This document shows, piece by piece, positions 50,434 to 63,700 of a stretch of 64,000 nt of DNA (positions are counted from its first letter, which is position 1; every line of letters starts with the position of its first letter). The stretch comes from Camelus dromedarius (lineage: Eukaryota). Position numbers and translations under genes: made by a program. The stretch spans positions 13,332,001-13,396,000 of the forward strand of contig NC_087438.1 in NCBI RefSeq assembly GCF_036321535.1. Reading direction: 5' to 3'. A model generated the notes under the pieces. That model was given only the letters and a program-made list of their open reading frames with translations, had not been told where the DNA came from and made no database searches.

Positions 50434-53034
50434 TGCACAGCTGAAAGGCATTAGGAAAGTGGGTTTCCCTATCATGGAAAAACCCTCATCAAATGACTGA
50501 AAAAGCATAGAGTTGTGACTTGCTTTATTGAATGTTAGACTGTGAAATATTGCATCATAAATTTTTTTCAAGGTCTAGAGTTTGTGATCTCTAACAGGAA
50601 AGCAGTTTTTTTTTCTAAAACCATTTTCTTTTTCTTAAACCTCCATTTTTGTGGGCAACATATACATAGTTTTTCTAAGATAGACACATGTTAAGTCTCA
50701 TATATCAGTAAAGGCATTAAGGACTAATGTATTTTATGTATGAGATTCAAAAATTACACACATTTAGAGGTTCTAGCATGATCTAGAGAGCACCATATTT
50801 GTTTTGACATTTATTAATCCTTAATAATTTTCTTATTTTCCATGAACTTCAAATACTTCATTGGTAAAGTAGAAATAATAATATATAGCGTCCTTACTGA
50901 AGAGGATGTATAATTATGTTTCTGTCTTCTCCATAGGTATGATGTAAACTTGTTGCTTTAATAGGTATGTTTTGTTAAGTTTCTTCTGTACTTGGGTAAG
51001 TCAGTTAAAATACTGCATAGGGAAATGAAAAATATATTAATTTAAATAAAGCAACATTTTTAGTGAAAATTAATACTATGAATACAGAGGGTTAAATATA
51101 AAATCAATATTCTGTTTTCGGATTAACTTCTGTTGTTAATTCAATGAATAGAATGGATCTCAAAACTCATTTGTATATCTTTATACAGTGAAAATTAGCA
51201 TCAAAATTAAAAGCAGAATTCTTTATTTTGTACCAGTAATTTTTAAAAACTTTAATAATATCTACTGTGATAGATGGTCAGTATAGGGCTTTACAAATGT
51301 ATTTGATGACAAAGTCATCTCTAAAAGAATATCAACTGATATGAGTAATAAAATAAGGCAAAAATAATATACATTTCATAATTACAGATGTGTATAGAAT
51401 GGGAGGAAATGTAATTTTCAGATGTTTATCTTATTATACAAAATTAAGAATTTATCTACACTGAAAAGCTTTCTCTTTAATGGAAAAAGTTCAAGTGAAT
51501 GGCTAAATTATTTTTCTAGGATTTAACTTTCTTCCTACATTTTAAACTAATATCTTGTATCTTAAATTACTCAGTGGAAAAGTAAATTGATGGCATGAAA
51601 TTAATTTCCACTTTTCAAAAAATCCACATGGATATAAATCACTGCAACTTGGGGGAGATTGAAAAATGACTGTATTAACAAAACTTCATGTTCAACAGGC
51701 AAATAAACATCCCCACAAATCCAAATCACCGCTGCATGTTTACCCATCATTAGCCATAATCTACTTCAGATGATGATGATAAATGAATCAAGAGGCTGGA
51801 TCCCTGAACAATACCTATTTAATGATAACAAACAACCAAAGACGCAGAAAGACTTGCCTGCCCTGATATTGGTGTTTAGCCTGGTGGAGACCTGACTTCA
51901 CTGCTGTCTCCTCCGGCATCAGTGTTCTTCTATTATCAGGGGTCCCTTTCCCATACTATCATAATAATTCTAATCTTTTCATAAATTCAGTTGATATTGA
52001 TACACAGTGACAAACTTTCTCACAGTAAACTCAACTTGTATATTTAAGTGGACAGATTGATCAACGTATCTATATAGATTGGCCATAAGAAAATATTTGA
52101 TATATATTTTTCTTATTTCATAATAACTAGCAGTTTGACAATTTTGAAGTTATTGCAAAAGTTATCAATGTTCCATCCTTCAGGCTTCTAAGCTATAGCT
52201 ATAAGATTCAGCTTTAACATTTTCATGTTTCTTGCAATAATCAGCAAGGCCTAATATAAACTATTTGGGGACCCAAGGCACCTGAAAAAGAAGTGCCCTT
52301 TGCTTTGTGCCTCCAGTAAGTTCAGACTACAACAGTTTGCAGTTATAAAACATAACTACAACTGGGTGCTATAAATTGTATTTACAGTGTTTCATGGTCA
52401 CCTTTTTACCCTTTTTGTCTGTGGGCATGAAATGTCCCCTTTTCATTCTCATTTTCCATTATATTATAAAAGATGCAGCGTGATACCTCTGATAGCTGTT
52501 GTAAAAAGATTTAAAAATACACAGAACTCAGGTCAAGATGGATCTACGAAAACAAAATTTACCCAGAAAAATAAATTCAGAGCATAAATGACACACTGAG
52601 AATTGCACTTAAATCACAGACAAAATTCAAATGCCCCTGCAGATAAATAACAAACACTGATGAAGGAAAAGTGGCAAATCCACTAACATGTGATGTGGGG
52701 GACTGAATAGTACAAATAATACATATGCTATGAGAGTTTAATTAAAGACACTTGACGGTGTCTTAGATTGACAAATAGAAGTTGGAACTTAATCCTGGGA
52801 TCAAAAAAGTAAATTTTATTATTGTATGTAAGAAAGAAAAACAGACATAAGGGGTAAGGACAGGAATTATAGAGAGTGAGACAAAGGCAGAGATAGTAGA
52901 GGAACTAGAGTTAGTGTTAGCGGTGAATCTTCCACGTAAGAATTGAAAAAGTTAAAAACATGATCAAATTTTCCAGTGTGGGTTGATAGTGCGTATGTTT
53001 CAAAAGAATTTTGGTAAAATATTAGAATGACAGC

Positions 53035-53190
53035 TGTATTAGTTTCCTATTCCTACCATAACAAATTACCACAAATCCAGTAGCTTAGAACAATACAAAT
53101 TTACTGTCATACAGTTCTAGAGGTCAGATGTCCAAGATGCATCTATTGGCTAAAATCAAGGTGACTGCAGAGCTGTGTTCTAAGTGGAGG
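53035..53190 (-). mobile_element. MaLR MLT1 LTR 3' fragment
   Basis: 'tgtattagtttcctatt...taacaaattaccacaaa...cagttctagaggtcaga'. Confidence 0.8.
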
Positions 53191-53820
53191 TCCCAGTGCC
53201 CTCCAGCTGGGGGCTTGAAGCCTTTCCTCCTACAGATTAAGGAAAAAAGGTCTGTGTGGATTTTAGTTGGAGGTCGCTGTTTCCTTCCTCTAGTTTTCAT
53301 GGGTTTCCAGGCGTGCTCTCAGGACACGTGTTTTGACGATCTTTCCTCCCAGATTAAGCCTTTTGTTCCTTGGAGTTAAGGGAGAAGATTTTGGGTGGAT
53401 TTGCTGCTCCAGTACCCAGGTCATCACCTTGGAAACAGTATTCTCAGGACTAACTTCTGATCTGTCCGGTGAGTATCTGGTGATGTTCACAGAGAAAAAG
53501 CTTGTAGGGGGAGTAAATTCTAGGATGCCTGATAACCTCTGTGGCTTCACACTCTCTCACTAGCCCATAGGCAGCATCAGGAAATTGTTACAATTTTTTA
53601 GCTTAGTTTTACTTACTTTTATATTATCTGGTGATGTTGGTCCCAGGAAAGCAAATGGTCAGGCCCAGTGTCTCCCTATAGTTTTCCGTCCCTCTCAGTA
53701 TTTCTGAGTACTTTGTTCTGTGCCCTCAATTCTCTGATGGTTTCAAGAAAAGCCATTATGTGCAGTTTGTTCAGTTTTCTTGTGGCAAGTAAGGGTGATG
53801 CTCTTTCCAGTGTCTCTTAC
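53191..53820 (-). mobile_element. Old L1 5' UTR fragment (L1MD/M4-like)
   Basis: 'ccctcaattctctgatggtttcaagaaaag...cagtttgttcagttttct...gatgctctttccag'; similar to the L1 5' end near 42000-42110. Confidence 0.55.
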
Positions 53821-53883
53821 TTTTCTTTTCTTTTTTCTCTTTTAACAGTAAGGCTTTTATTTACTTAAAACTCTTTGGGATAC

Positions 53884-54385
53884 TTTCTTTTTTTATGAAA
53901 GTATAGTCAGTTTACAGTGTTGTGCCAATTTCTGGTGTAAAGCAGGTTTCAGTCTTACATATACATATATGTATTCATTATAGGTTACTACAAGCTGTTG
54001 AATATAGTTGCTTGTACTATACAGTATAAATTTGTTATTTATCTATTTTATGTACAGCAGATAGTATCTACAAATCTTGGGCTCCCATTTTTATCCCTTC
54101 CCACCCACCTCCCCCCTGGTAACCATGAGTTTGTTTTCCATGTATGTGAGTCTGTTTCTGTTTTGTAAATAAGTTCATTTGTGTCTTTTTCTTTTTTTGT
54201 AGATTCCACATAAAAGTGATATCATATAGTGTTTTTCTTTCTCTTTCTGGTTTACTTCACTTAGAATGATGATCTCTAGGTCCATCCATGTTGCTTCAAA
54301 TGGCATTATTTTATTATTTTTTATGGCTGAGTAGTATTCCATTGTATAAATATACCACAGCTTCTTTATCCAGTCATCTGTCAAT
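53884..54385 (-). mobile_element. Young camelid-type L1 3' end
   Basis: ORF 54175-54384 'DDWIKKLWYIYTMEYYSAIK...FEATWMDLEIIILSEVNQKEK' is the L1 ORF2 C-terminus; 3' UTR homologous to 20658-21205. Confidence 0.93.
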
Positions 54386-54419
54386 AGGTGTTAATACAGA
54401 CTTTCAGAAAGCAGGGGAT

Positions 54420-55770
54420 ACCTACACTTCCAACATTTTCTTCTAGGTTTTTGTGTTATTTTTGTTATAAATTTCACTTCATTAATGTGGTGAATCCCAA
54501 AATATGTTATTACTTTTGCTTAAGTAATTGTTGATTGCTTACTGAAGAGACTTAAATAATGAAGACAAAGTCCTTTATCTACGTAGTTATCATTTCTAGT
54601 ACTCTTTCTGAATATAGATAGATCCAGACTTACATCTGGTATGATTTTTTTTCTGCTTGAAAGATTTCCTTTCACATTTATTGTAGTGCAAGGCTGCTAT
54701 TAATATAGTATTTTGGCTGTTATGAATATTTAAAAAGTCTTTATTTCATTTTCACTTAGGAAAGCAATTTTTTCCGGGTAAAAATTTCTAGAGCGATAGT
54801 TCTGTTTCTTTCAAAATTTAAAAGAAACTGCGCCACTGTCTTCTGGTTCACATTGTTTCTGATGAGAAATCTTGAACATGCTTACTTTTTTCTAGTGTAT
54901 ATCACATGCCTTTTTTCCCTGGTGTCTTTGTTTTTCTCTTTATCACTAATTTTAAGCAAAATGTGACTAATATATGTCTTAGTATAGTTTTCTGCATGAT
55001 TTTATGCCTGGAGTTTGTTGAGATGTTCATGTAAGTGGATCTTGATTTGTTATTAGATATGAAAAATGTTGGACATTATTCTTTCAAATATTTTCTTGTA
55101 TTCCTCTATCTTTCTCCTTTGAGGGCTGTAAATTGCACACATATTTCCACTTGAAGTTTTTCCACAGCTCTATGTGATCTGTTAAATTATTCTACTTTTT
55201 TTTTCCATGTGTGTTTCATTTTGGACAGTGTCTATTGCTCTGCTTTCAGGCTCACACATCTTTTCTTCTTATGTCTCTTTGAGCATTTACTCCAGTTTAT
55301 TTTTCATCTCAGACATTGAAAATTTTCTCTCTAGAAATGGGTTTTGTATTTAAAAATTAAATCCCATACCTCTTCTTAACAGTGTATATATTACCTCTAG
55401 CTTCTTGAATGTAGGGAATACAGTTGTAGTGACTACTTGTTTTATCATTGTTGCCATTCCTGCATCCATTTTGATTGGTTGACATTCTCACAACGAGCTA
55501 CGCTAATGCCGGCTAATTTTATTAGATACAGATATTTTGAATTCTTCCTATTGGATCCTGGTCATTTTCATAAGTAAATAGTTTTGAGCTTAGTTCTGGA
55601 ACACAATTGAGATGCTTGAAAGCTGCGTTTCTGAGACATGATTTTAAGATTTTTTAGGCAAAGGCAGAGTCACACTTGGTCTAGGGTGTCTTTTTCCCAC
55701 TAAATAAAGCATGACTCTTCTTAGTCTTTCACCCATTGCCTCACCCTCACTGCTCAGAACAAGCACTGTT
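54420..55770 (-). mobile_element. Old L1 ORF1/inter-ORF relic
   Basis: 'ccactgtcttctggttcacattgtttctgatgagaaatc', 'ttctttcaaatatttt', 'tttcatctcagacattg'. Confidence 0.7.
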
Positions 55771-55779
55771 CTTTCATGT

Positions 55780-56149
55780 TGCCTTAGTCCATTCAGACTG
55801 CTACAACCAAGTACCACAAGTAACTTATAAAAACAGAAATTCGTTTCTCACAGTTTTGAAGGCTGGGATGTCCAAGGTCAAGGGACCAGCATAGTCCTCT
55901 TCTGGTGAGGGCCCTAGCCAGCCTTCTTTCTGGTTCATGGCCAGCACCTTCTTCCTCTACCCTCACATGGTAGAGGGGTCAGGAATCTCTGTGGGGTCCC
56001 TTTGATAAGGGCATTCATTTCATTCATGAAGGCCCTGCCCTCATGACACAATGACCATCCAGAGACTCCCTCTATCAATGCCATTGCTATGGACATTGGG
56101 ATTTTAACATATAAATTATGGGGGAAACACAAACATTCAGGCCATGGAA
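55780..56149 (-). mobile_element. MaLR MLT1A-like complete solo LTR
   Basis: 'tgccttagtccattcagactgcta...gggaaacacaaacattcaggccatggaa'; 5-bp TSD catgt/cgtgt. Confidence 0.88.
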
Positions 56150-58004
56150 CGTGTTCATTCTCATACATAAGAAAATAAAAATTTAAAAGAAGAAAATTTG
56201 ACTTATCAGCTAAGTAATAATATGTCATTTTATAGGCAATCTTTAAAGCAGATGTTTATGTGAATTAATGTTTTTTAAAAAATAATGAATTTAAAATTAA
56301 CCATTATTAAAATGATTCAGCAAAGTATCATTGATGTGGGAAAATGCTCTGGAAAAAAAATGCTATAAAATCAAGTTATAGAGGGATTTTTCTTCAGTAA
56401 AATAAGGCTAAGCTTTTTAAAAATAATAATAATAAAACCATAAATTCAAAATGACAGTAAGGAAGATAACATTTTTAAGGAAAATAAAACTTCCAAATTT
56501 CTGAATGCCATTAAATTTTAGGGTTCTACTGAAAGAATAATTGCATGATTACTTTTATTATAATTTCAAAATGTTGGTGGCATTTTTGAGAGTATTGTAA
56601 AAGTGCAATACACATATGAACATTTCTTAGAATAATTTTATGTCATGACTTTCTTTTCCCAGGTAGACAGAATAATATTTTTTGTCTTAGAATGTGACAT
56701 ACAACATATTAACTATTCTTTTATCTGACTGTTTGTCTTAAATTTTGTATAGAATATTAAGTTTTTTTAATTATTTAGCAAACTAAATTAATAATAAGAA
56801 GAATACAAGGGAGAAAGCAAAAAAAAAAAAAGAAAATCAGAGAAAAATGTAAAGAAGGGAAGAGGGAAGAATTAAGGAAAGAATTGAGAATGGAAGAAAC
56901 AATGGATGCAGCTGAAGAAGGCAGGGAAAGAAGCCCTACTCGCCAAAGAATGAGAATCACCAGATGAAGAGAATTAATGTCATGAAATATGTCTTTAGAA
57001 ACAAATAATGCTATACAAATTTGATTATAGCAAATCAAAGTCATAACCATCAAATATAAAAGAATATACAGGACACTTCAAGTTTAAAATGTATGTCACA
57101 CTGGCCTCTCATTACACATTTATAATATTCAAATAAGTATTGGCTGCTTGCATATTGTCAGTTTCCTGGGACAAATATTTTTACATTCAAACACCATTTT
57201 TCTTCCTTGTTCCATGTGTGGTAGTCTACATTTATTCAAAGGCAGTGTTCTATATGGCCGTACTCTTTATAAAGCTTCCTACCTTCAATTTCCAGTTCTT
57301 CAAAGAATAATTTGCTGCAAAATTCAGTGTCTAGGCAACAGTTAGTCTTAATCAGACAAAGAGGAAATATGTGAAGCAGCCTACGAATGATTGATTTATC
57401 TTTGGGGATTAAGAGAACTGTGTGAAGAGGCCACATTAGGAAAAGGCATAGACTTGTCAGGCAGAGAGCTGATCTTTTGCTACAGAGACACTTTACCACT
57501 TTTCACTTTCCCTCCTACACCTAATTAATATTTTGCATGAATTTGTTTAAATTAGTCCACCAGGGAGTTGAGTCTTATATGGAAAATAAAAAGGCCAAGT
57601 ACAGATACTGACCCAAGGTCAGCAAACAGTTAATCAAATGGGTGTTCAAGCTACTAACTTTCTTTCAGATTTGCAAATAAGCGAGCATAGATATAAAGAA
57701 ATATAATTTAATTGAGCAACAATATTAAATGAATTCCTTGTATAAATAGAATTTTTTCCAAAAAAGTTGTCTGTTTTCTTCCAAAATTATAAAGGTTTCT
57801 TTAAGTGTATTTTTTTTTTTTTTGGTAGAACTTAATCTCATTTCTAATGTCTGGTAAAATATTACTAGTTCATACATTCAAAACACGGGTGTAGAATTCA
57901 CTTATCTAATTGAATATTTTATTTTTATAAGGTCTTACAGTAACATTCATATATATTTGCATAATTCAATTTGTTGCTTTAATAAAGTGACTAATTTAAA
58001 TTGA

Positions 58005-58240
58005 GGAAGAAGTATTAAAACAGCCAAATAACCTTTCAAGCGGGGCTGCCTGGGTTCAAATATCATTACTTCTTGTTATTAGCTGTATAATCTTGATTCT
58101 GTTATTTCATTCTTCTACCTGATTCATTTCCCTAATTGTTAAAATGAAAGTTATGAGATGATTAATGAAATTAATATAAGGAAGTCATATTAGGAGAATG
58201 CAAATTGCAGAGCATGTTTTTAATAAGTATTAATTGCTTT
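58005..58240 (+). mobile_element. MIR SINE
   Basis: 'ctgcctgggttcaaat...tagctgtataatcttg...gttaaaatg...gattaatga'. Confidence 0.65.
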
Positions 58241-58985
58241 TATCACCATCCTTATTAGTGTCATTACCATCATCATTTTATTCAGTAAGTCAGACTGAAC
58301 TACTTTTCTGAGGTAACCATCCTTTAAATGGGAATGAAAATATTAATCAATATCCTCCTATCAAGGGAAAGAACTGGTTTTGTGATCGGTTCTTGTGTGA
58401 ATTGGAAATCACAGCTAAATGAAACAGTAAAAGAATGGAAGATAAAAGTGTTATTCATACTACTGACTACAGCATACATTTGAAAATTGTATGCCAAATT
58501 AATTTTCTGAAAAGTCAAGATGTCGTATCTTCTCAGGTTCTTTACATTTATTGCATGAATTTGATATGGAAGTTTGCTACAAATTCTTTCAAGTAATGTA
58601 GTCATTACTTAGTGGGAAATTTTACATCATGGATCTTTCAACAAGAATGCCTCAAGGACACTTTTCAAATAGGAGCTAGTGAATCCAAAATATCACTCAT
58701 CATCAATCGTGGATTGACAACTTTCTTGGGAGTTGGCAGAGTTGCCAGCAAGCTGGATACTCAAGTTACTGACTTACATTCTGTCTCCTTGATTCTGAAC
58801 TTTTATGTCACCAGGTAAAACATTCTATCTCTTATGGAAAGATAGGGATGCTTTTATATTTCTGTAAATAAATGCTTAATTACAATATATTCACAATTCT
58901 TTTTATGATCTTAAAGAACATAAAAATTAAATTTGAAATGTAAAGTACACATTATGACCTGGGGAATAAATACATCTCAAAATTG

Positions 58986-59037
58986 TTTCTTCTTAGGAAA
59001 AGCTTTCTTCTTAGGAAAAGTTTCTTCTTGGGAAAAG
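58986..59037. repeat. Triple tandem repeat of a 17-18 bp unit, tttcttctt[a/g]ggaaaag
   Basis: Seen directly. Confidence 0.9.
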
Positions 59038-59989
59038 TCTGTGCTCCACACAGGTAGAAGGGAAAGAAAAAAAAGAAAAGCACAAATAATCAAAACTTTG
59101 GGTCTTTAATCCTCTAAGAAGTCCCAAACATAAACTGCTTCATACACCTCATTGTTAGGCATTGATGCTATTCACGAAAAACTCCACGGAGTCAAGGAAG
59201 GTACGTTTTCAGTTTCTCATGTTTACAATAGCGAAATGGGTTTTGAGTGAATTTGAGGTAATCAATCTATAATGCTTGCCACAAAGTTCTTAGGGAAACT
59301 GTAAATTTAGTGAAAAAGTGACATTAATGTAGACTCTGAAATCTTAAAATACAGGAGTAATTTCACAGAGTTCTATTTCTGCTGGCTCTAATCTAGTTTT
59401 AATAACGTTCCTTTTTTTTTTTTTTTTGGAAATTTCAGATGTGAAACCTGGTATTATAAGAATGAAAAAAAAAAAAGAAATGCAAAAACAGGCCCTAATG
59501 CTTTCAACATTTGGGGAAGAAATTTGGTCATTAACAGGGTAGATAACTTGGTTTTGAGTAATTCAATAAGTAATTTTGTTCTGCAATATGTTACATAAGA
59601 TACTGTGATAGTCTTCAAAAATGTGTAAAAGTTTAAGATTTACATTTAAATTCTCACACATGCAAATTTAGACCTATGCAAATGAGATTATTAATTTAGT
59701 GTTAGAAACATTTTTAATTCCTATTTAACTTTATAAATCCTATTAAGATAAAGGTTTAGAGCAATTCCTGTGCTATGATGTTAGCTCCAAGCACCTGTTT
59801 GAAATACCAGGTGGGTTTCTGGGCGTGTGTTATATGCAGCTGTGAAGGAGGTGGCTTGATACTCTCTTGCATCTACTATACATTCTTTTTTAATCTACCA
59901 CTTCCCAGTTCCCCAATTTCCTCAGTGCCAATGCTGTCTTAGTCTCGAACATAAATAATAAGCCTAATTTGCTCTGGAGTAACAATTAG

Positions 59990-60545
59990 CAGTTGAAATG
60001 ATCTTGGTAGAAAATGAAAGAAAACTAGACTCAAACTTACATATAATACAAGAATGTATATTGAGATAACGGGGTGCTCTCATTAATATCTGGCAGGCTC
60101 TGAACATCCTCAGATTTCATCTCTTGCTTGTTGTTTCTGTTGTCTTTCCTAGTGTAGCTTTAACAGAGAGCAAGGGACATTTCTCCAGGTATTTCCAGGT
60201 TTTTCATTCAGGCCAAATCATATCCATAGAGAGAAGAGAGATTCTTTATTCTTGAATTCGTTTCATAGGGTCAACTCAAGCACACAATTTCCAGGGGAAA
60301 AAAAAAAACAAAAACAGAAGTCTTTCCATCATAACTCATTAGTCATAATCAGTCACACACTCTTTCAAATAGGACAAATAACAGAAGTGAATGTGTCATG
60401 ATGATCTTGGACCAGTGAGGATATGTCCCTGGAATCTGGTAAGGATCACCTTCTGTGGTGGAGTGATGGACAACAGAACAAAATCACCATCCTAATGGGA
60501 AGGAATAAGGCAGCAAATTGATATTGGGTAGGCAGCTAACTAGGG
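59990..60545 (-). mobile_element. Ancient MaLR (MLT1K/L-like) LTR
   Basis: 'agaaaactagactcaaactta', 'aacaaaatca...ggaaggaa...gatattgggtaggcagctaac'. Confidence 0.55.
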
Positions 60546-61774
60546 TAGCTAAGTACCTTACCAGAATAAAAGAATAATTAAAAAAAGAAAACAGAAAAAA
60601 CATTTGTATAAACTAATAAAGGTATGAGTTTTGCTGGTAATAAGAGACAGACTTGAGAGTCACTTTTGGGTAGATTTTAGAGGATCTTCTACATTACATT
60701 ATGAAGAAAACCTTGTGTATATTTTTAGGTAGAATAAATGTTCTTCAAATTAAATATCAATTGCTACTTCACTGAAATGCAAACACAGGAGAATAATTAT
60801 AGTTAAATCAGAAAAGTTGACTTTTTTTTTCAATTAGACAACTTTTACTAAATGAGAAAACTACATTTAAAATGTGTTTTAACACAAAATGGAATTAGAA
60901 AATAAAAAGATATAGGCATTTGATATAACTTTGCACTGTGCTGAAAATCAAATCTCTTGCAGTAATACAATACGCCAATTCTTAAAATGTAAGTTAACAG
61001 AATTCTCAATCTAACATTTTCAAAGACAATATTAAGGTCAAGAATTTCATGTCTATGGTAGCACGTATAGAAGGGCTTTATAAGTATGATGTCCATCCCC
61101 ATGAAGCTTACAAATTTGACAATGTTCAATAAAAGCTTTTAGAATCACATCCAAAAGTGTCACATCCAAAGAATCACAGATCTGTGTCCTGTAAGTTGTC
61201 CTTCTAAAATCTGAGTTTTCTATTCCTGTCATTTGTTAATACTAACCCTTCGGGTAAAAAAAAAGAACAGGAAAAGAAATGCTGCAGTAAACACTTGATC
61301 ATGTACAGAAATTATTGCTACTATAGTTCACTACAAAGCATGTCTATACAATATCATGTGAACTTTGATCATGAAAAATCAGAATAAAAACTTTAGTGAC
61401 AAAAGCCTTACAATCATATACAATATTCACATGGCAATATTAGACAGTTAAGCACCCAATTCCCATAGTTGACAAATGTCCCACTGAGAAAAGTTGACAT
61501 TTTTAATGATTCTTTTTAACAATTTATTATGCTTAAAAATAGAAAAATTTCCCAAGGATTAGCATAGATTATGTAGATCATCTATGTACTATATGCTAGA
61601 CTCATTGCTCTTTTGACCATCCATGATGTTTTGTTCTAATTGTGGCACATATAGACTTCTGTTTAGCAAAACAATAGTTTGATAATACTAGAAAAATGGC
61701 TGAAATGTGGATGTGTTAATAAAATTAACGACCAGTGAATATTCCATAGTTGGAACTCAAAAATTCGTTTGACG

Positions 61775-61900
61775 AATATCTGAGCACAATTTCTTATATG
61801 CTAGAAACTTTACTATCACTTATTTAATACTAACAACATCACTGTATTAGTACTGTTTTCCCCCATTTTACAGATGAGATGACATATATTAAGTAATTTT
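61775..61900 (-). mobile_element. MIR remnant
   Basis: 'atttaatactaacaaca...ccccattttacagatgag...ttaagtaattt'. Confidence 0.65.
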
Positions 61901-62399
61901 CTCTGAAGACAAATACTAGCTGACAGCCCATTTGCTTTGTGGAATGTTTCTATTTGGGTTGACAACTGGTATTAAAAAAAAAACAAACTACACACCTATG
62001 GTTTTATGTGATATAGTCAACAAAAATGTTATTGAAAAGAATGATGGAAAGAATGGTTGTTTGCCATTAAACAGAAGTTTTGCGAAACAGTGAGAGAGTC
62101 ATTTCTCTATTAGTTCACACCTAGATGGTATACTGTGGCTGGGACACGCCTTCACTTTATCAACCCTATCAGAATTTGAACAAGTTCAAGTTATCATGAT
62201 ACAGAGTCTAAGTTATTTACACTAAATTTGAAGTGACTTCAGTCTCTATAATACAAATTGGATATCTCTTATATATCTTTATGTAAAAGCTATACCCATG
62301 TATTTTTGTAATATTTTATTGGTGTAATCTAAAGCCAAATGCACTTGAAACACCTTTTCTTTTTCTTTTTCTCTCTCTTTTTTTTTTTTTCTGAATTTG

Positions 62400-63000
62400 C
62401 CTATGATCTACGAAAGGCAAGAAATCTCATTTGAATAGAGTTAAAAGGGATTCGTTTTCACTCATGCATAAAATTTTTTTTAAGGATTCAGCTGTGTCAG
62501 TGATAGATGGATAGACTGCTGAGAAACCATTCGAGATTTCTGTGATTAGGTTAGACAGGTCCCAACTCCTATTAGTGAGTGTTGCCATGTTCTGTTCCAG
62601 AGAGGAGGCAGCTGTCTTCTTCACTTGTCCCCCGGTGCTGCCGGCTGTAACTAAGCCTACAACATTTTCGACAAGCAAATCAGGAAGGACTTTGCAGACA
62701 GATGGCGAAGCTGCCTATGCATTCTCATTTACATGCAACCTTGGTTCCTAATTGTACTTGAGCCATATGCAGAGGGTTTGCTTTCCTTTTGGATTGGTTT
62801 CAAGTGCTAGGCAGACAAGTAAATCTAACCTGGTCCACGTTTTCCTAATATGATTTAATTCAATAGAGCGATGTGAAGTGTTTATCAAAAGAACTTTTGA
62901 AGCTAAAACCTTGGCTGAATGCAGAAATTGGTACCAACCATGGTTAGTGAGAAGAGTGCCCTAGGAGACGTACTCATATGGCGAATGAAGACAACATTAT
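62400..63000. promoter_or_regulatory. Candidate conserved non-coding element/enhancer
   Basis: No recognisable repeat; 11 CpG in 600 bp versus 0 in the next 600 bp; three E-boxes and an octamer-like site. Confidence 0.35.
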
Positions 63001-63339
63001 ATAATTTATAAGCTAAAATAAAATGAAAATATGAACAAACTCTACTTGGGATTTTGAACTGTCAAAGCCTAATATTATTCAATTAAAATGCCTGTAATAC
63101 ACTAGCCAAATTATGTATTTTTCATTATTGGATGATCCAAGATAAGCCAAAAATACTGTATATACTTTATTTCTGTAATAAAATAATATTTTCTCAGTGT
63201 GTAAAATTTTGAAAAGACTTGGAAAAATCTATTTATAGTTCTATTACTCAAATATAATTATTAGCATCATGCACATTTCTTTATATATTGAACACAATTG
63301 AGATAAATCTATATAAATGAATTATTGTCCTGTATTTCT

Positions 63340-63700
63340 TACTAAACTCTATACCCTAAGTATATTCCAAAATGAATTCAATTAATTTCATAACCATTTT
63401 TTAAAGCAGTAAACATTAATTTTATGGCTGCATCTCTTGAGCAACAGTCTGTTATAGATGCTTATCATATTTTTATCTGTTTGCAGTTTTATAAATAATT
63501 CTATTGTGAACATTTTGGCATAAATACTTGTTTTCAGTTTAAGTGATTTCCTTAGGAGAGATTTCTAGATTAAAATTAGAATGAAGAGTGAGATTTCTAG
63601 ACATATCACATACTGACAAATTGCCTGAAGAAGAAATGTATTCTGATTTATTCGATCACCATTAGTGTGAGCATTTCTCAAACACTGCTAGCTATGTTAA
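63340..63700 (-). mobile_element. L1ME-like 3' relic
   Basis: 'attgtgaacattttggcataaat...gatttccttagga...atttctag...tactgacaaattgcc'. Confidence 0.6.

Noticed and set aside
54175..54384. Protein-like 69-aa ORF
   Set aside because: L1 ORF2 C-terminus of a truncated copy, not a host gene
58986..59037. Short direct repeats as a CRISPR-like array
   Set aside because: Head-to-tail units without spacers in mammalian DNA; no cas genes
62427..62678. 83-aa minus-strand ORF with an internal strong-Kozak ATG (MATLTNRSWDLSNL...) and an overlapping plus-strand ORF
   Set aside because: No recognisable homology, splice structure or poly(A) signal; this length is expected by chance. PhyloCSF or Ribo-seq would be needed.
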